A DNA stretch of 64,000 nucleotides, taken from NCBI GenBank assembly GCA_039831155.1, contig JBDONT010000041.1, positions 1-64,000 of the forward strand, read 5' to 3'. A program made the position numbers and the translations under genes. The notes under the pieces were generated by a model. It was not told the origin of the DNA. It saw nothing but the letters and a program-made list of their open reading frames with translations, and ran no database searches. This stretch comes from Nautiliaceae bacterium (GTDB taxonomy: Bacteria > Campylobacterota > Campylobacteria > Campylobacterales > Nautiliaceae). The stretch's first letter is position 1, and the number at the start of each line of letters is the position of its first letter. Below, one piece after another: positions 18,612-28,366 of this stretch.

Positions 18612-19887
18612 TTATAAACCTTTGTGGTGGAATATTAGGAAGTTCTTTATACATACTCCATTCTTTAAGGGCTTTTTTCAAAATTGATTTTGGAGTTAGG
18701 CGGATAATTTTACTAAATAGCTTAAAAGCAAAAGGTGAATGAAAGGAAGCCTCTATAAATTTAAAAGCAAAATTCTCTTTTATCACATATTCTCTCATTT
18801 TTACAAGTTGTTTGCTAAAAGGAATTTTAACAGGGCATACCATCTCACAGCTATTACATAAAGTACAAGCAAACGGCAAATCTTTATACTCTTCTTTATC
18901 GTTAAGTGGTGCAAGCAGGCTTCCGATTGGTCCCGGGATTACGTATCTATATGCGTGACCTCCCGAGCGACGAAACACCGGGCATGTTGTAAGGCAAGCC
19001 GAGCATCTTATACATTTTAGAGTCTCTTTAAATTGAGTATTAAGCCTCTCAAACCTTCCGTTATCTACTAAAACAATAACCCTTCTACCATCTTCTTTTT
19101 TACCAAAAATTGAAGTGTAGGTAGTTATTTTTTGTCCGGTTGCGTTTCTTGCAAGTATCCTCAAAAAAACTCCCAAATCCTTCATACTTGGCACAATCTT
19201 CTCAACACCAACACTTATAATATGAAGTTTTGGCAATACTGCTCCAAGGTCTGCGTTTCCTTCGTTTGTACAAACTACTGCCCATCCTTTATTTGCTACT
19301 AAAAAGTTAGCTCCACTAATCCCAGCATCTGCACTTAAAAATTCATTTCTTAATAATTTTCTTATTTTGTGAGTTAGATATGTAGGGTCTGTATTGGTCT
19401 CCCCTAAAATTTCAGCCACCTCCTCTTTTGTCGTATGAATTGCCGGTAAGACTATATGAGATGGTTTTTCTCCTCTTAGTTGTACTATTCTCTCCCCTAA
19501 ATCCGTATCAATAACCTTAATTCCTTTTTTTTCCAAAAATTCATTTAACCCACACTCTTCTGTTAGCATTGATTTTGATTTTACTACTTTTTTTGCGTTA
19601 ATCTCTTTTAAAAGATTAAAAACAATTTCGTTATGTTCTTTTGCGTCTTTTGCGAAAAACAGTTCAATACCTTCTTTTTTTGCATTTTTTATAAACTCTT
19701 CAATATACTCTTGAAGGTTATTTATCACTTCATCTTTTATTTTACTTGCTTTTTCTCTTAACTCTTCCCACTCTTTTACCTCTTTTATTGCTTTATCTCT
19801 TTTTTGTCTTATCGTCCAAAGGGCTTTGTCGTGGCGTGGTCCTTTTTGTTTGTAAAATTTTACGGCAAGCTCATAGTGCTTCATCAA
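18604..19887 (-). CDS. lutB: Lactate utilization Fe-S protein B (LutB/YkgF/LldF)
   Basis: KSKSMLTEE, TDLGE, PSHIVLPAIH, TNEGN, CIRCSACLTTCP, CTLCNSCEMVCPVKI. Confidence 0.92.
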   Translation of the reverse strand: MMKHYELAVKFYKQKGPRHDKALWTIRQKRDKAIKEVKEWEELREKASKIKDEVINNLQEYIEEFIKNAKKEGIELFFAKDAKEHNEIVFNLLKEINAKKVVKSKSMLTEECGLNEFLEKKGIKVIDTDLGERIVQLRGEKPSHIVLPAIHTTKEEVAEILGETNTDPTYLTHKIRKLLRNEFLSADAGISGANFLVANKGWAVVCTNEGNADLGAVLPKLHIISVGVEKIVPSMKDLGVFLRILARNATGQKITTYTSIFGKKEDGRRVIVLVDNGRFERLNTQFKETLKCIRCSACLTTCPVFRRSGGHAYRYVIPGPIGSLLAPLNDKEEYKDLPFACTLCNSCEMVCPVKIPFSKQLVKMREYVIKENFAFKFIEASFHSPFAFKLFSKIIRLTPKSILKKALKEWSMYKELPNIPPQRFING

Positions 19888-20569
19888 TACACTCCCAGAT
19901 AATTTCGCTTATATGTTTTATTTCTATATTATTGCCGTCTTTTTTTGCAATTGAGTTAAGGTGCATAAGACAGGAAAAATCAACTCCGGTTATAACATCC
20001 GGGTTTTTGCTAAGCAAATCATCAAGCTTATTTCTTCCCATTACATAACTTATAAATCCTTCTTTTAAACTAAACACTCCTCCAAACCCACAGCACTCAT
20101 CCCGGCTTGCTTCAACTACTTCACATCCTAAAACTTCTTTTATTTTATTAAAATAAGGGATATTAAGTTCACTCGCAGCACCTTCAAAGAGGTGTCTTAA
20201 AGAGTGACAAGAGTTGTGAAGGGCTATCTTTTTTGGATAGTTTTTCGCAAGGTTTTTTACTTTTAAAATATCGTGTAAAAATTCACAAAGCTCAAATGTT
20301 TTTTTGCTAACTTCAAGATTTTGGCTTCTTATAGTGCTAACACAACTGCTGCTTGGGCTTACTACATAATCAAAATCTTTAAATATTTCATTAAATTTTT
20401 GAGGCAAAGTGGTAGGATGTCCTGAATTAATAAAAGGTTGCCCGCAACATGTCTGCCCTCTTGGCACTTTTACATCAAGGTTAAAATATCTTAAAATTAA
20501 AAGGGTCTTTTTTGCAATTTCCGGATTTAGTTCGTTTATATAGCATGGAACGTGGAGGGCTATTTTCAT
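19871..20569 (-). CDS. lutA: Lactate utilization protein A (LutA/YkgE, two CCG domains)
   Basis: QTCCGQP, HNSCHSLR, ECCGFGGVFS, SCLMHL. Confidence 0.9.
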   Translation of the reverse strand: MKIALHVPCYINELNPEIAKKTLLILRYFNLDVKVPRGQTCCGQPFINSGHPTTLPQKFNEIFKDFDYVVSPSSSCVSTIRSQNLEVSKKTFELCEFLHDILKVKNLAKNYPKKIALHNSCHSLRHLFEGAASELNIPYFNKIKEVLGCEVVEASRDECCGFGGVFSLKEGFISYVMGRNKLDDLLSKNPDVITGVDFSCLMHLNSIAKKDGNNIEIKHISEIIWECIDEAL

Positions 20570-21129
20570 AAATTTTCCTTTGGCAAGGGTAATCCAAGTT
20601 CATTTAAAGGAAGATAATTAAAATAATATCTACAACCCATCATAATAATATAATCAAGTGTATCTTTATATTCCGGTTTTTTAAACCAATCGTTTAAAAT
20701 ATAAAGATATTCAATCTTTATATTTAATGGAGCAAAAAGTTTTAAATATTGTTTTTTCTTAAAATCACACGTTTGAAGTTTCTCATCCACACTTCCTGCA
20801 ACTTCTTGATATTTAACTTCTATAATAAAAGCCGTATTATTTAAAATTACATAAATAGCATCATCAGGTAGCAATTGTTTAGATAAAATTTTTCTCCAAT
20901 CTACTCCGTAATATTCAAGATAAGTATATAAAGCGTGTTTTTTGAAAGCATCTGCAACTTTTTCTTTATTATAAAATATTTCATACCATTTATTTTTATT
21001 CTTTTTGGTGTAAGGAGTTTCTTTTATCTCATATCCAGGTAAATTTTTAATAAAAGTTATCAAATCAGTCTTTCCTTCGAAATAAAGACCAGTTTTTGTA
21101 TTATACCCTCCAATTCCTCCTCTTATCAT
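20566..21129 (-). CDS. PD-(D/E)XK nuclease, probable type II restriction endonuclease
   Basis: LLPDDA...IIEVKYQ...GSVDEKLQ motif; overlaps an upstream Dam-type MTase by 4 nt. Confidence 0.7.
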   Translation of the reverse strand: MIRGGIGGYNTKTGLYFEGKTDLITFIKNLPGYEIKETPYTKKNKNKWYEIFYNKEKVADAFKKHALYTYLEYYGVDWRKILSKQLLPDDAIYVILNNTAFIIEVKYQEVAGSVDEKLQTCDFKKKQYLKLFAPLNIKIEYLYILNDWFKKPEYKDTLDYIIMMGCRYYFNYLPLNELGLPLPKENL

Positions 21130-21983
21130 AAATAATTCCTTATTAAAACTTCTGATATTTTCCCTCTGTTGTTAGCTTTTGAGTTAATAGACCTATTAGC
21201 AAACACTTTTTCAATCTTAAATTTTTTATAAAGGTTATTAATAAACTCAGTATCGGAATTACTCTCTAATACAAAACACCTTTTTTGTGAAAGAATATCG
21301 AAAGTTTCAAAAAGTTCTATTTGTTCTTTTTCCAAAAATTCTTCTTGAGTATAGGAAGTGAAATTGGAAGTTTTATTTAAAGGATAATAGGGAGGATCGA
21401 AATAAATAAAATCCTCTTTTTGTGCATATTCTAAAACTTTTTTATAATCAGAATGTTTTATTATTGTGTTTTGTAAAGCTTTTGATACTAGTAAAATATT
21501 ATTTTCATCAAGGATTTTAGGGTTTTTATATTTACCCATAGGAACATTAAAATAGCCTTTTTTATTTACTCTATAAAGACCATTAAAGCACGTTTTATTT
21601 AAATATATAAATCTAGCAGCTTTTATAATATTATCTAAATTTTTATAATTATCAGTTTTATCAAGTTCCCTGATTTGATAATAAAAATCTTTATTATGCT
21701 TGGATTTGAATTCTTTTAATTTTTCTATTAATTCATTTGGGTAGTCTCTTATTATTTTATAAGTATTTATGAGCTCTTCATTTATATCGAATAAAAAAAC
21801 TTTTTTATTTTTTAAAATTCCTAAATTGTAGAGTTCAAAGAACAAAGCTCCACCACCTACAAAGGGTTCAAAGTAATTATTAAAGTTTTTTGGAATATAC
21901 TTTAAAAGTTCCGGAATAAGTTGTCTTTTCCCTCCAACCCATTTTATAAAAGGTTTTGCAATTTGAAAAAGAGAATAAGTCAT
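21126..21983 (-). CDS. Dam-family (D12 class, alpha group) N6-adenine DNA methyltransferase
   Basis: KPFIKWVGGK, EPFVGGGA, NKTCFNGLYRVN..G.FNVPMG, DPPY. Confidence 0.93.
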   Translation of the reverse strand: MTYSLFQIAKPFIKWVGGKRQLIPELLKYIPKNFNNYFEPFVGGGALFFELYNLGILKNKKVFLFDINEELINTYKIIRDYPNELIEKLKEFKSKHNKDFYYQIRELDKTDNYKNLDNIIKAARFIYLNKTCFNGLYRVNKKGYFNVPMGKYKNPKILDENNILLVSKALQNTIIKHSDYKKVLEYAQKEDFIYFDPPYYPLNKTSNFTSYTQEEFLEKEQIELFETFDILSQKRCFVLESNSDTEFINNLYKKFKIEKVFANRSINSKANNRGKISEVLIRNYL

Positions 21984-22025
21984 TTTATTCCTTATTGAAT
22001 AGAGAAGAGAGTCTCATTCTCTTCC

Positions 22026-25000
22026 TTAGTCCATATCGTTTGGGTCAAGTGGTGGGCGATTGTCTTTTGGCGTTACAAGCCAGAAATGTCTAACTTCACT
22101 TCTAAAATTATCTAAAATAAATTTAGCCTTTTTACTTCCGGTTGCGTTGTAGTATTCGATTAGCCTTTTTTTAAGGTAAAGTTTTGGTTTTTCATTTTCA
22201 TCAATGTCAATTCTTCTAATTTCGATAAGTTCTGGGTTTATTTTATCTACAAATTCGTGTTCTTTATCGTATACAAACGCAACACCACCAGTCATCCCGG
22301 CACCGAAGTTTATACCTGTTTTACCAAGGATTATAACTTCACCACCTGTCATATATTCACACGGATGGTCTCCCGTACCTTCTACAATAGCTACAGCACC
22401 TGAATTTCTAACGGCAAATCTCTCTCCCACTTCTCCGGCAATGAAAAGTTTTCCGGCAGTTGCACCGTATAAACAAGTATTTCCAGCACCGGCTCCTTTT
22501 TCCGGAGTTATTACGATTTTTCCACCGGCCATACCTTTACCTACATAGTCGTTGGCAACTCCTTTTAGGTTTAGAGTAACACCTTTGCTTAAGAATACCC
22601 CAAAACTCTGACCTGCAGTACCTTTTAGGTTAAATACTATACTATCATCCGGCAGACCTTCGTCTCCGTAGTATTTGGCAATAACTCCACTAATTCTAGC
22701 ACCGAAACTTCTGTTTAGGTTGCATATTGTAGTGTTAATTACAGATTTGTGGTTTGGATTTTTGATTGTTTCCATTACTTCTTGAAGAAGTTTTTGTTCG
22801 TATTCGTTTTTGTCAAACGGTTTGTTTTCTTTTTGTTTCGTATCAACTCCCTCTACTTTTTCAAACAGTTTAGAAAAATCGAATTTTTTAGCAAGAGGGA
22901 TATCTTTTGTTTGGATTAAATAGTTTTTACCTATAATATCATCTAATTTTTCATATCCCATTTTTGCCAAGTATTCTCTTACGTCTTCGGCTAAAGCAAT
23001 AATATAATTTTTAACTTTTTCTACGTTACCTTTAAATTTAGCTCTATAAGCTTCGTCTTGAGTGGTAATTCCGACCGGACATTTATTTGTTTGACAGCTT
23101 CTACAGAAAATACAATCAACTGCCATTAATAAACTTGTACCGAACGCATAGTATTCAGCTCCTAGAAGTGCTGCAAAGATTACGTCTCTTCCAACTTTTA
23201 AAGCACCGTCTGTTTCAAGTGCTACGTATTCTCTTAAATGATTTGCTTTTAGTGCGTTGTGTGCTTCGATAAGTCCTAATTCCCAAGGGTTTCCGGCATG
23301 ACGAATAGATGTAATAGGAGCGGCACCCGTTCCACCTTCGCTACCACTGATAACAATTTGGTCTGCATACGCTTTAGCCACTCCTGCCGCGATTGTTCCA
23401 ACTCCTGCTGTTGATACTAGTTTTACGCTGATAGTTGCACTAGGGTTAATTTGTTTTAAATCGAATATAAGTTGAGCTAAATCTTCAATTGAATATATAT
23501 CGTGATGAGGTGGTGGTGAAATTAACGTTTTTCCAGGTGTTGTATGTCTAAGTTTAGCGATATAAGTTGTTACTTTAAATCCAGGAAGTTGACCACCTTC
23601 TCCCGGTTTTGCACCTTGAGCTACTTTAATCTGAATCTCTTGGGCATTTACCAGATATTCCGGAGTTACACCAAATCTACCTGATGCCACTTGTCTGATT
23701 TTGCTTTGTTTTATGGTTTTGTTTCTTGCTTTGTCTTCTCCACCTTCACCTGAATTTGTTCTAGCTCCAAGAGAGTTCATAGCTTCGGCTAAAATTTCGT
23801 GAGCTTCTTTGCTTAAAGCACCTATACTCATAGCGGCACCGATAAATCTTTTTATGATGTTTTCACGTGGTTCTACTTTTTCTATTGGAATCGGTTTTCT
23901 ATCACTTTTAATTTCCAGAAAATCTCTAATATATGTAGGGCGTCTGTTTTCTACAAGGTTTTTAAACTCTTCGTAATCTTCTTTTTTGCCAGATTTTATA
24001 GCTTTTAAAAACGCTCTTGTAACTTGAGGTGTAATTTCGTGATACTCTTCACCTTTTCTTTGTTTTATAACTCCGCCCGCAATTAGTTTATCTTCTTCAA
24101 AAGCTTTTTGATGTCTTGTGTTTATTCTATCTTCAATGTCTTTGTAAGTAAGTCCAGGAAGTAGGGTTTTACTTCCTATAAAGCACTCTTGTTGTATTTC
24201 GTTGCTTAAGCCTATAATATCAAAAAGGGCTGAATTTCTGTAACTTGCAATTGTTGAGATACCCATTTTTGACATAATTTTTAAAATACCTTTATTAAGG
24301 GCGGAGTGAACGTTAAATAGTGCGTCGTCTCTATTTAATCCTTTTTCATCGCAGATTTGACATACCGTTTTAAATAACAGATACGGATAAATAGCAGTGG
24401 CTCCGTATGCAATCATTACGGCTGCGTCGTGAGGGTTCGTAACTTCCGATGTCATTGCCACTATACTTGTTAAGTGTCTTACTTTGTTGTCAAGAAGTTT
24501 TTTGTGAAGTCTTCCTATTACCATAGCCATAGGTATGGTTTTATGCTCTTTATCCACTCCACTGTCGTCTAAGAAAATAATTCTTACTCCGTTTTTTACA
24601 TCTTCTACTATTTTGTCGGTTAATTTTTCAAGGGATTCTTTTAGGTTGTCTTTAAATGTTGTCGAGTATGTTGCGTTTTTGTAATCACTCTCAAATCTAG
24701 GAGAGGTTTCATCCCCGAAACTTTTTAAAACGTTTAGTTTTGTTTGAGTAAGAATCGGTGTGCTTGTTTTGATCCTTTTAGCGTGTTCCGGTGCTTCGTC
24801 AAGGATGTTGTGAATTTCTCCGAATCCAGTGTTTAAGCTCATTACTATTTTTTCTCTTAAACTGTCAATCGGTGGGTTTGTAACTTGAGCGAATTTTTGA
24901 CGGAAAAAGTCGTTAAAGCTTCTAAACGGATAATCGCTAAAGCACGCAAGTGGCGTATCGTCTCCCATGCTTCCGGTCGGTTCTTTTGCATCTTCTATCA

Positions 25001-26402
25001 TAGGGGTTATTATTAGGTTGATAATCTCTTTTGTAATACCGGCGTATCTTTGTTTGTGAATAAGGTTTTCTATTTTTATTTCTTCATCTATGGTATAGGG
25101 ATTATCTATATATTCTTGCAGATAAACCATATTTTCATTAAGCCATTTTGTATAAGGGTTGCTTGATTTTAAATATTCGTCGATATCTTTATTTTTAAGA
25201 ATCACACCGAATTTCGTATCAACTCCTATTATTTGACCGGATTTTAGTTTTCCTCTTTCTACTATTTCATCTTCTTCAAAATCAATTACCCCATATTCGC
25301 TTGCAATTAAAATTGTATCGTCTTTTGTAATTACGTATTTTGCCGGTCTTAGCCCGTTTCTATCAAGTACGACTCCTATATATCTTCCGTCCGTTACACT
25401 AACAGCAGCCGGACCGTCCCACGCTTCAAAACGGGTTGAAAAGTATTCATAAAAGGCTTTAAGTTCACTATCAAGATACGGAGCGTTTTGCCACGGCATA
25501 GGAATTAGGGTTCTTATAGCTTTAAAGAAGTCCATTCCGTTCATTATTAAAAACTCAATCATTCTATCAAGTGAGCTACTGTCACTTTCGTCAAATCTTA
25601 CAATTGGTAATAATTTTTTGAGTTCTTCTTGAGTAAACACTTCTGATTTGATTGATTCAGATTTAATTAATGCGTTAATTCTGTTTGCTTGAATAGAGTT
25701 TATTTCACCGTTATGTGCTATGAATCTAAACGGTTGAGCTAGTCTCCATTCAGGGAGCGTGTTTGTAGAGAATCTTTGGTGAAACAGGGCAAACGATATT
25801 TTAAAGTCTTTATCTGCCAAATCCGGATAAAATTCTTTAATATGATTTGGCATTAATAAGCCTTTGTAGGCTATTTTTTTAGAACTGAATGTAGGGATAT
25901 AGAAATCTTTGTCTTCAATTGCGTTTTCAATCTCTTTTCTTGTTAAATATAAAAGTTCTTCAAATCTTTTAATGGCGATAATTGAATTAGGCACGATAAA
26001 AGCGTGGTAAATTTTAGGAAGTGTTTTTAGGGCGAGTTCACCTAAAGCGGATTTGTTAATAGGTACTTCTCTCCATAACGCTACTTTTAAATCGTTTTTT
26101 TCACAAAATTCTTCTACTATTTCTTTTTGTTTTTCATTTTTTAGGAAAATAACTCCCATTCCGAAAATTTTAGGAAGGTCTATACCGTTTTGTTTTGCTA
26201 TTTTTTTGAAAAATTCTTTAGGGAGGGAAAATAAAAGACCGCTCCCGTCTCCGCTTTTTCCGTCGGCGGCTATGGCACCTCTGTGCATCATTCTCTCAAG
26301 TGCTTCAAGAGCTTGATGTACCATTTTATGAGTTTCTTTGCCTTTAATATTAGCGATTACTCCGAAACCGCAATTATCTTTAAATTCTAACGTTTTTGAC
26401 AT
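22026..26402 (-). CDS. gltB: Glutamate synthase large subunit
   Basis: N-terminal CGFG, HQRFSTNT, HNGEIN, WDGPA, QVASGRFGV, QGAKPGEGGQLPG, CxxCxxCxxxxCP, GXGXG domain. Confidence 0.98.
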   Translation of the reverse strand: MSKTLEFKDNCGFGVIANIKGKETHKMVHQALEALERMMHRGAIAADGKSGDGSGLLFSLPKEFFKKIAKQNGIDLPKIFGMGVIFLKNEKQKEIVEEFCEKNDLKVALWREVPINKSALGELALKTLPKIYHAFIVPNSIIAIKRFEELLYLTRKEIENAIEDKDFYIPTFSSKKIAYKGLLMPNHIKEFYPDLADKDFKISFALFHQRFSTNTLPEWRLAQPFRFIAHNGEINSIQANRINALIKSESIKSEVFTQEELKKLLPIVRFDESDSSSLDRMIEFLIMNGMDFFKAIRTLIPMPWQNAPYLDSELKAFYEYFSTRFEAWDGPAAVSVTDGRYIGVVLDRNGLRPAKYVITKDDTILIASEYGVIDFEEDEIVERGKLKSGQIIGVDTKFGVILKNKDIDEYLKSSNPYTKWLNENMVYLQEYIDNPYTIDEEIKIENLIHKQRYAGITKEIINLIITPMIEDAKEPTGSMGDDTPLACFSDYPFRSFNDFFRQKFAQVTNPPIDSLREKIVMSLNTGFGEIHNILDEAPEHAKRIKTSTPILTQTKLNVLKSFGDETSPRFESDYKNATYSTTFKDNLKESLEKLTDKIVEDVKNGVRIIFLDDSGVDKEHKTIPMAMVIGRLHKKLLDNKVRHLTSIVAMTSEVTNPHDAAVMIAYGATAIYPYLLFKTVCQICDEKGLNRDDALFNVHSALNKGILKIMSKMGISTIASYRNSALFDIIGLSNEIQQECFIGSKTLLPGLTYKDIEDRINTRHQKAFEEDKLIAGGVIKQRKGEEYHEITPQVTRAFLKAIKSGKKEDYEEFKNLVENRRPTYIRDFLEIKSDRKPIPIEKVEPRENIIKRFIGAAMSIGALSKEAHEILAEAMNSLGARTNSGEGGEDKARNKTIKQSKIRQVASGRFGVTPEYLVNAQEIQIKVAQGAKPGEGGQLPGFKVTTYIAKLRHTTPGKTLISPPPHHDIYSIEDLAQLIFDLKQINPSATISVKLVSTAGVGTIAAGVAKAYADQIVISGSEGGTGAAPITSIRHAGNPWELGLIEAHNALKANHLREYVALETDGALKVGRDVIFAALLGAEYYAFGTSLLMAVDCIFCRSCQTNKCPVGITTQDEAYRAKFKGNVEKVKNYIIALAEDVREYLAKMGYEKLDDIIGKNYLIQTKDIPLAKKFDFSKLFEKVEGVDTKQKENKPFDKNEYEQKLLQEVMETIKNPNHKSVINTTICNLNRSFGARISGVIAKYYGDEGLPDDSIVFNLKGTAGQSFGVFLSKGVTLNLKGVANDYVGKGMAGGKIVITPEKGAGAGNTCLYGATAGKLFIAGEVGERFAVRNSGAVAIVEGTGDHPCEYMTGGEVIILGKTGINFGAGMTGGVAFVYDKEHEFVDKINPELIEIRRIDIDENEKPKLYLKKRLIEYYNATGSKKAKFILDNFRSEVRHFWLVTPKDNRPPLDPNDMD

Positions 26403-26512
26403 AACATTCCTTTAAGAGGTTATTAATCCGATTTTATAATTTGCTAATTATAACATAAATTGTTTTTTTCAAAATAATTTTATCGCAATGTTTAAAGTTT
26501 CCGGACTTTATT

Positions 26513-26521
26513 TGTTATAAT
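26513..26521 (+). promoter_or_regulatory. Extended -10 promoter, probably giving a leaderless recO mRNA
   Basis: TGTTATAAT then 6 nt then ATG 26528; no SD. Confidence 0.6.
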
Positions 26522-26527
26522 TTTCAA

Positions 26528-27145
26528 ATGAAAGGATTTGTTTTAAGCACTGTTAAAGTAAGAGAAGAGGATTTGATAGTTAGAGTTTTAACCCGAAAAG
26601 AGGTTTTGAGCCTTTATAGGTTTTACGGGGCTAGGCACTCTTATATTAATGTAGGGTTTTTAATTGATTTTCAAGTTGAAGAGAGTTATAAAACCACTAT
26701 TAAAAGATTAAGAAACGTAGTGCAAGTTCCTTTTAAATTTTTATTTAATCAAGAAAAAACTCTCTTTTTTAAAGAGTATATAAGACTTTTGAATAAACAT
26801 TTCATCGATGTTAGTAAAGTTGACGGATTTTATTTTAATTCTTTATTAAATCTTTGTAAACATTTGGATAAAAGAGACGTAAAAAGAGCGATAATCGAAC
26901 ATTATGTCTCTTTATTGCAAAAAGAGGGAAGACTCCATAAAGAGTTTGAGTGTTTTTTGTGTGAAAAAAAGATTGAAAGCAGAATCGCTTTGGTTCGAAG
27001 CTTTTTACCGGCACATGAAAAATGTGTATTATCTGAGGGATTTGAAATACAAAAAGTAAAACTTCTTTTTGAAGAGAAAAAATCTTTATTATTTAGTGAT
27101 GATGAAATAGAGAGACTTTGGAAAATTGTGGAATTAGGAATATAG
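26528..27145 (+). CDS. recO: Recombination protein RecO (Campylobacterota type)
   Basis: M.GF.L....V..EDLIV..L, YRFYGARHS, EGRLH..CFLC...HEKC zinc site. Confidence 0.85.
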   Translation: MKGFVLSTVKVREEDLIVRVLTRKEVLSLYRFYGARHSYINVGFLIDFQVEESYKTTIKRLRNVVQVPFKFLFNQEKTLFFKEYIRLLNKHFIDVSKVDGFYFNSLLNLCKHLDKRDVKRAIIEHYVSLLQKEGRLHKEFECFLCEKKIESRIALVRSFLPAHEKCVLSEGFEIQKVKLLFEEKKSLLFSDDEIERLWKIVELGI

Positions 27146-27156
27146 CGGAGGGAAAA

Positions 27157-28296
27157 ATGAGAGTTTTAATTGTCGGGGCCGGAATTATAGGAATGACACT
27201 GGCTTATGAATGGCTTAAAAAAAGAAGCGGGGATGAGATAATTATTATAGATAAAGAATCGCACGAAGCGTTTCACGCAAGTGGTAAAAACAGCGGTGTT
27301 TTACACGCCGGGTTTTATTATAGCAGTGATTCTTTAAAAGCTAAATTAACGGCTAGAGGTAATAAACTTATGAAAGAGTTTTGTTATTCTCATAATATAC
27401 TTGTAAACGAAACCGGAAAACTTGTAGTGGCTAAAAACGAGAATGAAATTGAAACTCTTTTCGAGCTTGAAAAAAGAAGTAAAGCCAATAACGCCGGGGC
27501 TTATATTATAAGTGAAAAAGAAGTGTATGAAATAGACTCAAACGCTAAAACTTGCCAATACGCTCTTTATTCGCCAAATACGGCCAGTGTAAATCCGAGG
27601 GAAGTTTGTAAAGTTTTAAGAACCGAACTTGAAAAAAAAGGGGTTAGGTTTATATTTAATACACCTTATGAAAAATTTAAAGAGAGTTACGACTTTTTAA
27701 TAAATGCAGCCGGACTTTATGCCGATAAGATAGCTCATCAAAACGGTGTGGGGCTTGAATATACTATGCTTCCTTTTAAAGGGCTTTATAGAAAATATTT
27801 GGGTGAGGATAAAATAAAAACTCAAATATATCCGGTACCTAATATAAAAAATCCTTTTTTGGGAGTGCATTTTACTATAATGGCTGATAATACCATAAAA
27901 ATAGGGCCTACTGCAATTCCTGCTTTTTGGAGAGAAAACTATACTATGACAAGTAGGTTTAATTTAAGCGAAATGATAGAAATTTTAACTCTTGAAGCTA
28001 AACTTTTCTTTAGTAACGCTTTTGGATTTAGGGATTTAGCCCTTTATGAGATGAGATACTATATTCCTAGTAATTTAATTAATGAAGCCAAAAAATTGGT
28101 AAAAAGATTGAGAGGTGATTTTAAACCTTTAACCCCGGGAATTAGGGCTCAACTTTTAAATAAAGAAACAAACGAACTTGTGATGGACTTTTTGATTGAA
28201 AAAAAAGAGAATCAAATACATATTTTAAATGCGGTTTCACCGGCTTTTACGGCAAGTTTTGCTTTTAGCGAGTATATTTTGAAGAATGTCATTTAA
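27157..28296 (+). CDS. lhgO: L-2-hydroxyglutarate oxidase family FAD oxidoreductase
   Basis: GAGIIG, HASGKNSGVLHAGFYY...SLKA, YPVP...PFLGVHFT, GPTA, GIRAQ, NAVSPAFT; ATG 27157 after SD GGAGG. Confidence 0.85.
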   Translation: MRVLIVGAGIIGMTLAYEWLKKRSGDEIIIIDKESHEAFHASGKNSGVLHAGFYYSSDSLKAKLTARGNKLMKEFCYSHNILVNETGKLVVAKNENEIETLFELEKRSKANNAGAYIISEKEVYEIDSNAKTCQYALYSPNTASVNPREVCKVLRTELEKKGVRFIFNTPYEKFKESYDFLINAAGLYADKIAHQNGVGLEYTMLPFKGLYRKYLGEDKIKTQIYPVPNIKNPFLGVHFTIMADNTIKIGPTAIPAFWRENYTMTSRFNLSEMIEILTLEAKLFFSNAFGFRDLALYEMRYYIPSNLINEAKKLVKRLRGDFKPLTPGIRAQLLNKETNELVMDFLIEKKENQIHILNAVSPAFTASFAFSEYILKNVI

Positions 28297-28320
28297 ATGT
28301 AATAGTAACTGATTATAATT

Positions 28321-28347
28321 TTAAGCGGAATGTTTTTTTGCCGATAT
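28321..28347 (+). promoter_or_regulatory. Putative sigma-28 (FliA) promoter of the bcs operon
   Basis: TTAA-N15-GCCGATAT versus consensus TAAA-N15-GCCGATAA; followed by SD AAGGAG and ATG 28367. Confidence 0.65.
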
Positions 28348-28366
28348 AAGAGGGAAGGAGTTATTA

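Noticed and set aside
15532-26402. Genomic island integrated at tRNA-Thr or tRNA-Asn
   Set aside because: No integrase and no duplicated tRNA 3' end were found; the adjacent genes are mostly metabolic.
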